From: Candidatus Latescibacterota bacterium
GTDB lineage: Bacteria; Latescibacterota; UBA2968; GCA-2709665
Reading direction: 5' to 3'
DNA: 64,000 bases
Assembly: GCA_965248435.1 (NCBI GenBank)
Contig: OZ252100.1
Span: 1,856,001 to 1,920,000 of the forward strand
Part shown: piece by piece, positions 20,574 to 27,917 of the stretch
Position numbering within the stretch: the first letter of the stretch is position 1
How the letters are laid out: the number at the start of each line of letters is the position of its first letter
Notes under the pieces: generated by a model
Seen by the model: only the letters and a program-made list of their open reading frames with translations
The model's database searches: none
What the model was told of the DNA's origin: nothing
Made by a program: the position numbers and the translations under genes

Positions 20574-21359
20574 CTACATCGGCCCGGAAATCCCCCCATC
20601 CTTTCTCACCCGCCAGAAATGGACGCCCATCAACGCAGCCGCTATGAAAGGAATGGCGAGACAGTGGAGGACATAGAAACGCAACAGGGCCCCCTCGCCC
20701 ACAAACCTTCCTCCCAAAAGCGCAAACCGGGCATCGTCACCCGCGTGAACCAGCCCGATGTCCCCGATCATCAGAAAGGCGGCCCCCGGACCCTCGTGGC
20801 CCAGGAAGGGGGTCGCCCGAGCCATGTTCGAACCGACCGTTATGGCCCATATGGCCAGCTGGTCCCACGGCAGGAGATACCCTGTAAAGCTGAGCATCAG
20901 TGTCAGCAACAAAAGGATCACGCCGATGGCCCAGTTGAATTCACGCGGCGGCTTGTAAGACCCGGTCATAAATACACGCAGCATGTGGAGCCAAACCGTG
21001 ATGACCATCAAGTGAGCGCCCCATCGGTGGATCTCTCGCATGATCCCGAGCGGCACCTGCTCACCCAGATCGATCATGTCGGTATAGGCATACTCCAGCG
21101 TCGGGCGGTAGTAGAACATCAACAGGATACCCGTGATGGTCTCCACAAGAAACACGAAGAACGTGAGTCCACCCATGCACCAGGTGTAGCGGACGCGTAT
21201 GCCGGACTTCGGTGTCCGGACCGGATGGAGATGTAGAACAATGTTCGTCAGTACGACCTGGGCTCGGCCTCGCTCCTCCCTCGGAATATCGTGACGGAAG
21301 ATCGACTTCCAGATCTGTGAGCGTTTCACGCTGTCTAAGAGGCCAGAAACCTTTGGCAT
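20574..21359 (-). CDS. petB: Cytochrome b6-like (N-terminal cytochrome b)
   Basis: [32 protein letters not shown]...HF, DGGISGP. Confidence 0.92.
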   Translation of the reverse strand: MPKVSGLLDSVKRSQIWKSIFRHDIPREERGRAQVVLTNIVLHLHPVRTPKSGIRVRYTWCMGGLTFFVFLVETITGILLMFYYRPTLEYAYTDMIDLGEQVPLGIMREIHRWGAHLMVITVWLHMLRVFMTGSYKPPREFNWAIGVILLLLTLMLSFTGYLLPWDQLAIWAITVGSNMARATPFLGHEGPGAAFLMIGDIGLVHAGDDARFALLGGRFVGEGALLRFYVLHCLAIPFIAAALMGVHFWRVRKDGGISGPM

Positions 21360-21394
21360 AAATTACTCTCCCTCAACTCGAGGCGATTCGGTCA

Positions 21395-22186
21395 TCAAAT
21401 CCTGAGAAACGACTCCGGATTATCCCATTGTCCCTTTTCGTACTGAAACTTCACTGTCTTATCCACTAAGATTTGCCCGTCCTCCGACAACACGATACGC
21501 GCCCGCTCCAGGGGTCTTGGGGCAGGTCCCTCGAAGTTGATCCCCGTGGAATAGAACCCGCTTCCGTGACACGGGCACTTGAATTTCTGTTCGTTGACAA
21601 GCCAGTTCGGCGTACACCCCAGGTGTGTGCAGACTGAAATGAGGGCGAACATCCCATCTGTATTCCGGACAATCCAGATGGCGAACTTGTCTTTCCATCG
21701 CTCGTCTACTGCCCCCATCGCATACTCATCGGGAAAACCGATCTTGAAAAATTGGGGAGGCTCGAACAACACGTTCGGAAACATGAAACGAGCAGTCGCC
21801 AGAAGACCCGCGGTACTCGCCGAAGCGAACGCGACCCAGGCAAGAGCCAGCCAGGAGAAGAATCCCCTGCGAGTCGTAATCCCCCCTTCTAAGACCGACT
21901 GCATTCGGGGCGGTCCCGGCCTGACAGACCTGGGCGCCGGAGAGGTCTGAATCACCACCTCGCGCTCCTTGGAACCCTCCTCTTTCTTCGCGGTCAAACT
22001 CCGCGCAGCCGAGGCCCGATCGGCAGCCCCTTCAGCCTTCTTTGCCGGTGCCTTCGCCGCCGGCTGCGAGGGAGCATCGGTCCCGCCCCCGCGCGCCTTG
22101 CGCATGGCTTCCGCCTTTGCCTTCGCCCTTGCTACGCGGTCCGGGATATCATCGAATGAAGAAAGATCTACATCTTCCTCAGCCAT
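21395..22186 (-). CDS. petC: Rieske [2Fe-2S] subunit with a long N-terminal extension
   Basis: Tat motif TRRGFF plus TM; CTHLGC...CPCHGS; GPAPRPL. Confidence 0.93.
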   Translation of the reverse strand: MAEEDVDLSSFDDIPDRVARAKAKAEAMRKARGGGTDAPSQPAAKAPAKKAEGAADRASAARSLTAKKEEGSKEREVVIQTSPAPRSVRPGPPRMQSVLEGGITTRRGFFSWLALAWVAFASASTAGLLATARFMFPNVLFEPPQFFKIGFPDEYAMGAVDERWKDKFAIWIVRNTDGMFALISVCTHLGCTPNWLVNEQKFKCPCHGSGFYSTGINFEGPAPRPLERARIVLSEDGQILVDKTVKFQYEKGQWDNPESFLRI

Positions 22187-22260
22187 ATAAGCTCCGTTTG
22201 ATGCGAGTCTCGGGAAGCCGGATCTCGCCTGAGCTGCCGAAACAACCTGAATCGCCGGCC

Positions 22261-22289
22261 AATATATTCAAGCTAAAATGGGTTGTCAA
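22261..22289 (-). promoter_or_regulatory. Sigma70-like promoter of the respiratory operon
   Basis: TTGACA-N17-TATATT on the minus strand. Confidence 0.65.
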
Positions 22290-22350
22290 GGTCAAGATTC
22301 GTTGTGTCTGGGGCCGGTTTTAGGCACTCTGGATTATGTTGCTTTCCGCC

Positions 22351-23295
22351 CTACATCTCCTTCAGAACCTCTATGGCAGCCTGACGAACCTTCATATCAG
22401 GGTCTTTTTTGCGCAATCTCTCGAGGGTTTGAATCATCGAACCTGCCCGCACCTTCCCGATCGCGTAGATCGCCTTTACCATCGCATCCCGCTTTTGCAA
22501 TTCACTCATCCGTGGAAACGAGTTGAGGTAGGCGCGGTTCAGCATTTCAGCCAACACATCCACCCCTGCGTCATCCTTCATTCCCGCCAATTGTAATGCC
22601 GCATTCCAACGGACATCCGATTCCCGATCCCTCAAAGCCACGACAAGGGCTGGTCTTGCCCGTGCATCCTTCAGCTGCCCCAGGGCTCCGATGGCCGCTT
22701 TTTGGATTCCTGAGTCTTCGTTAGAAACCATATCCAAAAGGGGAAGCACGGCGCTCGTGTCGCCCTGCCTGCCAAGCGAGGCCATCGCGTATATTCGAGT
22801 CTCATCATCAGGATCGTTAAGCGTCTCGATCAGAACCTGTACGATCGAAGGGTCGCGCACAAGTCCCATCGCCAGGGCAAGATAGCGCCGCACTCTGGGG
22901 TCGTCCGAGCTTGAGGACTCAAAGATGTCGATCAACTCCCTTGCAAACCTTGAGTCTATCCTTCCCTGGCGCTGCTGATCGGCAAGGACCCTTGACAACT
23001 CGTATGCCGCCTGCCACCGACTGTTGATCCCCCCAACCTTCACTCTGTTCAAATAGTCGTTCGGCGTCTGATCCTCTCCTGTTAAGAGCGTCAAGAACAG
23101 GTAGATCATCACGCCCACAACGACAATCGCTAGCGGAAAGAAAGCGAACTGCGCGATCTGACGCGATCTCGGCACATCCTGATCTGACATCGGGGCCGTT
23201 GCCTGCTTGACAATCTGCCGAAGATCTTCAGACTGCGAATCTTCGCCGTTCGTCGGTGCCTTGTCAGACTCGTGCACGAGCGCTCTCTCATCCAT
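22351..23295 (-). CDS. Membrane-anchored HEAT-repeat protein
   Basis: One TM segment, then repeats 'DPRVRRYLALAMG', 'SDVRWNAALQLA', 'MKVRQAAIEVL'; start moved downstream of the predicted promoter. Confidence 0.85.
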   Translation of the reverse strand: MDERALVHESDKAPTNGEDSQSEDLRQIVKQATAPMSDQDVPRSRQIAQFAFFPLAIVVVGVMIYLFLTLLTGEDQTPNDYLNRVKVGGINSRWQAAYELSRVLADQQRQGRIDSRFARELIDIFESSSSDDPRVRRYLALAMGLVRDPSIVQVLIETLNDPDDETRIYAMASLGRQGDTSAVLPLLDMVSNEDSGIQKAAIGALGQLKDARARPALVVALRDRESDVRWNAALQLAGMKDDAGVDVLAEMLNRAYLNSFPRMSELQKRDAMVKAIYAIGKVRAGSMIQTLERLRKKDPDMKVRQAAIEVLKEM

Positions 23296-23358
23296 CCAAA
23301 ACTTGGTAAATACTTCGATTTCGAGCCGAATGCTCAATCCACCGAAACCCACGCTCCC

Positions 23359-23387
23359 AATATAGTTATGTCCATAAGCCAAGTCAA
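23359..23387 (-). promoter_or_regulatory. Sigma70-like promoter (HEAT gene)
   Basis: TTGACT-N17-TATATT on the minus strand. Confidence 0.5.
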
Positions 23388-23462
23388 GATATTGGTATTT
23401 GAAGAATAAGAGGAATTAATCTTTAGCCAAGGCTAGTGGGCTGAACTTGGCTTTGTTCCACC

Positions 23463-23490
23463 TTGACAAGGCAGAACAAAGCGCTATATT
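23463..23490 (+). promoter_or_regulatory. Sigma70-like promoter (ferredoxin-domain gene)
   Basis: TTGACA-N16-TATATT. Confidence 0.55.
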
Positions 23491-23549
23491 CCCCCCTCGA
23501 CGGACGAATGCAGAGCCTGGTGCCACCTACTTCAAATAAGGAAAACTAT

Positions 23550-24299
23550 TTGGTTGACGTCGATCTGTCTCAATTCGATGATATCGCCGATCGAGTGGCC
23601 AGAGCCAAAGCGAAATCCGAAGCTCTACGAAAGGCGAAAAGCGGCGAAGACAGTGGGGATTCGTCCCCCGGTCTGTCCGCACAACCGACTGCGGAAGAAC
23701 CAGTTAGCAAGGCTGTCGAGGCAACCGCCGGAAAGACAGCTGTGACTGGACTTCAAATCCTGGAATTTGCCCTTGGGACGCATTTCAAATTGAAAGGTCG
23801 AGCGGGCAGGGTCATCGGCACGCGGTATGACCTCGTCAGTTTTGTGTATGACGATGATCCCGGGCAGACGGTGACGGCGGATCGATATCGATTGAGCAAC
23901 GCCTATGCCGAAGGAGCCCTCGAGTTTGCGCCCAAATCTGAGGCCTATCGCCCCGATCGGGTCAACAAGACGGATCGAATTGACTACCACGAATATGTCT
24001 GGCTCGACACCAGGAAGGGGATGACGGCAAAGAAGAAACGACCGCGCTCGATTGCCATCATCAACCCCGATTATTGCACGGGGTGCGACGCCTGTATCGA
24101 AGTATGTCCAACCGATTGCATTGAAGAAGTGGACGTGGCGGACGCAGGTCTGGATGGGATCGGAAGCTTTTGCGAAGTTCGGCTCAGTGACTGCATCGGG
24201 TGCGTCCAATGCGTACACATCTGCCCGTGGGAAGCCATCGACATGGTCGATACTGATAAAGTAGAGGACGCGTACGGACTCCCCACAGGCAGCCTATAG
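23550..24299 (+). CDS. 2x[4Fe-4S] ferredoxin-domain protein with an N-terminal tag and an unknown middle domain
   Basis: CTGCDACIEVCP and CIGCVQCVHICP; TTG start after an AAGGA RBS. Confidence 0.88.
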   Translation: MVDVDLSQFDDIADRVARAKAKSEALRKAKSGEDSGDSSPGLSAQPTAEEPVSKAVEATAGKTAVTGLQILEFALGTHFKLKGRAGRVIGTRYDLVSFVYDDDPGQTVTADRYRLSNAYAEGALEFAPKSEAYRPDRVNKTDRIDYHEYVWLDTRKGMTAKKKRPRSIAIINPDYCTGCDACIEVCPTDCIEEVDVADAGLDGIGSFCEVRLSDCIGCVQCVHICPWEAIDMVDTDKVEDAYGLPTGSL

Positions 24300-24320
24300 G
24301 CATTCCGTCAATTCGTTCTA

Positions 24321-24354
24321 CGGAGACCGGGAGTGACTCGGCCTCCGTTTTTTT
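24321..24354 (+). terminator. Intrinsic terminator
   Basis: CGGAGACCGGG...CTCGGCCTCCG hairpin followed by T7. Confidence 0.75.
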
Positions 24355-24391
24355 ATGACCACAAACCGCCAAACAGCAGTTAAAATAAGGC

Positions 24392-24421
24392 TTGACTTCG
24401 CTGACATAATGTCTATATATT
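24392..24421 (+). promoter_or_regulatory. Sigma70-like promoter of the mamA-like operon
   Basis: TTGACT-N18-TATATT; palindrome GACATAATGTC in the spacer. Confidence 0.45.
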
Positions 24422-24649
24422 GTGACAAATTAACGAGTAAGCATAACATCTTGGTGGCATCGGTTCTCCCCCCGCTCAAGTGACCGCTTTTTTTCTCCAC
24501 GGAGATCTAGCCTCAGGTCCGGTTCCTAGTAGACCTAATCAGTCAGGCATCTCTTCTCACCAAAACCGTCCAGGCTCTCATTCTGAGCACTGGACGACTC
24601 CCAGTCTCCTTTGAGCTGTATCGTCAGATTCGCCTGAGGAGGAATCCCA

Positions 24650-25570
24650 TTGCAATCAGGGGAATCCATTAGCCGTCAGAAGAAGCAAGATAAGTCAGCT
24701 TCTTCATCTGCCTCTGCAAGTCAGTCACGCCCTAACCCCGAAAACCGAACCCTTGAGACATTGACCGAATACATGGGCTCCGACGCAGGCCTCAAAAGGA
24801 CCGCCATCTCGACATCTGGTGGAGACGAACGTCTGGATAGAGACCCGGATAGGTCCCCTGGTTCAAAGGAAAGGCTCCTCCAGGAGTGGGAGATCGAAGA
24901 CTCGGCCGAAGCAGGCCCTCCTTCCGAAGAGGATCTGCTCAAGCGGATGGAGATTCTGGAAACACGGCTTGACGCCTTCGAAACCACCTGCTACACCTTC
25001 CTTCTCTATGCCAAACAGCTTACCGATAGAACCGTTTCGTTTTTCGAAGACATTTTTGGTCTTGGCCAGGATGACCTTGCGCAGATTCACGACCGACTTG
25101 GTGTAAACTACAACAACAAGGGTGACTACGAAAAAGCCGTAGAGGCATTCAAGAAGCTCGTGGAAATAAACCGCACCCCAGCTTCCTGCTTTAAGCTGGG
25201 CGTCGCCTCGGACAACAATGGAGACTTTCAGGGAGCCATCGAAGCACTCCGGACAGCAATCTCCATGGACAAGGAATACCTCAAGGCCTACTACAAACTG
25301 GCGGAAGTCTACGCCAGAGTCGAAAACTTTGGAGAAGCCATCAGATTTCTCACACAGGCAACAGAGATCGATCCGAAAAATGACGAGACACAATACAGAC
25401 TGGGCAATGTGCACAGTGCACGGGGGAGTTACGACCAGGCGATTGCCGCGTTCAACAAAGTACTGAAATCGAATCCGAGCTTCCCGGGCATTTATCAGAG
25501 CCTTGGAATCGCCTATGAGCAAAAGGGCGATCAACCCAAAGCCCTGGAGTTCTTTAAAAAATCAATCTAA
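24650..25570 (+). CDS. MamA-like TPR protein with a ~100-aa N-terminal extension
   Basis: 5 TPRs preceded by a MamA-like P0 region (LDAFE...YAKQL...FFEDIFGLGQDD); FKLGVASDN and YEQKG...ALEFFKK resemble MamA; GAGGAGG RBS; upstream of mamK. Confidence 0.65.
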   Translation: MQSGESISRQKKQDKSASSSASASQSRPNPENRTLETLTEYMGSDAGLKRTAISTSGGDERLDRDPDRSPGSKERLLQEWEIEDSAEAGPPSEEDLLKRMEILETRLDAFETTCYTFLLYAKQLTDRTVSFFEDIFGLGQDDLAQIHDRLGVNYNNKGDYEKAVEAFKKLVEINRTPASCFKLGVASDNNGDFQGAIEALRTAISMDKEYLKAYYKLAEVYARVENFGEAIRFLTQATEIDPKNDETQYRLGNVHSARGSYDQAIAAFNKVLKSNPSFPGIYQSLGIAYEQKGDQPKALEFFKKSI

Positions 25571-25580
25571 TGCGGTTACC

Positions 25581-26012
25581 TTGAGCATACGAGCCCTGAC
25601 AAACCGCCTGCGAGAAGAGCAGATAGAAGCCCTGAGGCAGAGAAAGTATGCGCCTTTGACGGCCGGGCCTCCGAGCGAGCCTGCCGTGCCGGCGCGGGCC
25701 GAGCCCGAGGTTAGAGAAAATAATGAATCGTCCTCTCTGGCCGAAGCCGGGTTTTCTGCCGATCCATCCGGACAGAACGACATTCCCAAGGTCGGGTTGC
25801 GCTTTCAGAATCGCGATGCGCGTTGGCAGGTGCCGTGCGGCATCGTCGAGCGTTTCGGTCTTTCTGCCTTTAACGAAACTTTTCCAGAAACAGCGACGAT
25901 TCCCGCCAACTCCAATTCAGACGTTCAGGACGAGCCCGGGGAGGAAGTGGAACCGGCATACTCCACTGTAGACCCTGAGCCGATAACGATCGAACTGCAA
26001 TCACACAAGTAG
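25581..26012 (+). CDS. Acidic Pro/Glu-rich hypothetical protein (start uncertain)
   Basis: Fills the gap between the mamA-like and mamK-like genes on the same strand; no clear RBS. Confidence 0.5.
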   Translation: MSIRALTNRLREEQIEALRQRKYAPLTAGPPSEPAVPARAEPEVRENNESSSLAEAGFSADPSGQNDIPKVGLRFQNRDARWQVPCGIVERFGLSAFNETFPETATIPANSNSDVQDEPGEEVEPAYSTVDPEPITIELQSHK

Positions 26013-26090
26013 ACATCCAGAAACGGGTTGTTTCTCGTCCCGTAGCTCGGGAAAGCGTGTCCAGAGGTCAAGAAGAAGGGGAAGGGAAAA

Positions 26091-27174
26091 ATGGCTGAAG
26101 AAACCAGATCGGACGCCACCGGCGGGTTCGCCACGCAGCAGGGCAACGGGAAGCCGCTTTCTTTGGGCATCGACCTGGGCACGGCAAACAGTGCGGTTGC
26201 GACCAGCACCGACATCACGCGAACCGTACCGAGCGTGGTGGGGTGGCCGAAGGATCTGGTTGCCTTTAAATTCCTGCAAAAGCCCATTGTATTTGGTGAA
26301 GAGTGTATCAGAAACCGCATGTCGCTCGACATCTTCTACCCGCTCGATAAAGGGGTCCTTAAGTATAGACCCGATTCCTCGAGGTATGACGACGTGCCGG
26401 GTGACAACCGTGAGGTGGCCGCAGTCGAAGAACTCGTAAGACACGTCGTGGATTTGGCAGAAATTCGATCCGGAGACGCTGTCCGTGCTGTGGTCGGATC
26501 ACCAGCGCTCGCAAGCGCCAGTGATAAACAGGCATTGGTTGAAGTAATGCGGAATCTGGTCGACTCCGTGATGGTCGTGTCAGAGCCCTTCCTGGTCGCA
26601 TACGGCCTTGGCCTTTACAACAACGCCCTCGTAGTGGATATCGGAGCAGGGACGCTTGACCTCTGCAGGATGCACGGCACTATCCCGGACGAGTCCGACC
26701 AAAGAACGTTGTACCATGCCGGAAACTCCATCGACGAAAACTTTCATTCGCTCCTGCAGGAAAAGGTGAAAGACTCGCCCATTTCCCTCCATTTCGCGAG
26801 GAGCATCAAGGAACGCTATGCCTTCGTTTCGCCAATAACAGAAGGCATCAGCGTTGAGTTTCAAGTTGAGGGGAAACCGGTTCTCTATAATATCGCAGAT
26901 GAACTCAAGGAGGCCTGCGAGGGTATCCTGCCGGATATGCTCGAGGCGATTCGGGAGTTGTTTACGACCTTCGAGCCGGAATTTCAAGATGAGCTTCGAA
27001 ACAACATCATCTTGGCCGGCGGAGGAAGTCAAATCAGAGGTCTACCAGAAGTCATCGAGGCCAACCTCGCCGAATTCGGACCAGCACGGCGTCGATGATC
27101 CCATCTACGCGGGCGCACTTGGTGCGCTCAAGCTTGCCCAGGATATGCCCCCCAGCGAGTGGGAAAACGTCTAG
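26091..27174 (+). pseudogene. mamK: MamK-like bacterial actin, frameshifted at ~27090 (real lesion or sequence error)
   Basis: LGIDLGT, SVVGWPKD, VVSEPFLVAYGL, VDIGAGT, FEPEFQ, NIILAGGGSQIRGL; the conserved tail VDDPIYAGALGALKLAQDMPPSEW lies in the +1 frame ending at 27174. Confidence 0.85.
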
Positions 27175-27215
27175 AAAACTCACCCTTGCTTTAACCCTCA
27201 TCCACTAATATTTCC

Positions 27216-27830
27216 GTGTCCGACACTCTCCTGAATCTCCAACTCGATCAGATCGACCAGCGAAGTTTGCCGCTTCGTCAACGATTGGGTAGCAGCGAAC
27301 TCGAAGAGCTGAAACGATCCATCCAACGATATGGCGTCATCGAACCCGTTGTCGTTGCCCAGTCAGAGTCAGGCTACAAGCTCGTTGTCGGCAGAAGAAG
27401 ATTTGAGGCGTGCCGACTTCTCGGGCTGGAGACCATTCCCGCGATCGTACGAAAGATGTCCGACGAGCGGGGCCGCGAACTCTCTTATCAGTCAAACCTT
27501 CAGAGTGAGATGCTCAATCTGGCCGACGAGGTCGAATTCCTTCGTAGCATCGACATATTCCACCTACCCGATGAAGAAATCGCCAGTCGATTTGGCATGT
27601 CCCCCGAGGAAGTCTCCGTGGCGAAACGGTTTAATCGTCTACCGCCCCCGCTTCGGGAGGCCGTGCGCACTGGAGAAATCGATGAACGTCGCGCACTGGC
27701 CTTGACTCGACTCTCAGGTGAGGTCGAGCAGACGCGGTTTTTTCGCTACATCCAGCAAAACGATCCACCTCTGGAAATCTTGGAAAAGAGGATAGACGAA
27801 GCCCGAGACGGGACCGCGGCACATATCTAA
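27216..27830 (+). CDS. ParB/Spo0J-like protein (short)
   Basis: LKRSIQRYGVIEPVVV, GRRRFEA, IPAIVR, SNLQSEMLN and an HTH-like segment. Confidence 0.85.
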   Translation: MSDTLLNLQLDQIDQRSLPLRQRLGSSELEELKRSIQRYGVIEPVVVAQSESGYKLVVGRRRFEACRLLGLETIPAIVRKMSDERGRELSYQSNLQSEMLNLADEVEFLRSIDIFHLPDEEIASRFGMSPEEVSVAKRFNRLPPPLREAVRTGEIDERRALALTRLSGEVEQTRFFRYIQQNDPPLEILEKRIDEARDGTAAHI

Positions 27831-27853
27831 CGTTCAGACAGACTTGCAAGTGT

Positions 27854-27895
27854 AAAGGCCCCGCCGGACTGATCCGGTGGGGCCTTTGCGCTTTT
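27854..27895 (+). terminator. Intrinsic terminator
   Basis: 15-bp stem AAAGGCCCCGCCGGA/TCCGGTGGGGCCTTT followed by a T-rich tail. Confidence 0.8.
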
Positions 27896-27917
27896 CGCAT
27901 CATCAAACAATCAAACC

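Noticed and set aside
22085-22174. Shared tag as an encapsulin or microcompartment targeting peptide
   Set aside because: Lacks the GSL-type cargo motif, no shell genes are in the window, and the Rieske protein is membrane-anchored.
23463-23549. Computed N-terminal extension of the ferredoxin ORF
   Set aside because: Its TTG is the -35 box; a better RBS and start lie at 23550.
24420-24437. Rex/CRP-like box TTGTGACAAATTAACGA
   Set aside because: Only one good half-site and imperfect spacing.
27081-27100. Programmed ribosomal frameshift in mamK
   Set aside because: No slippery sequence, and residues appear to be missing relative to MamK, which favours a deletion.
26091-27174. mreB or plasmid parM
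   Set aside because: No mreC/mreD or parR/replicon nearby; the motifs match MamK.
22351-27830. Complete magnetosome island (HEAT = Mad23, ferredoxin = Mad9)
   Set aside because: No CDF transporter, HtrA protease, LemA or magnetochrome genes are seen. The HEAT and ferredoxin genes fit the respiratory cluster equally well, and specific mad homology cannot be supported by eye.
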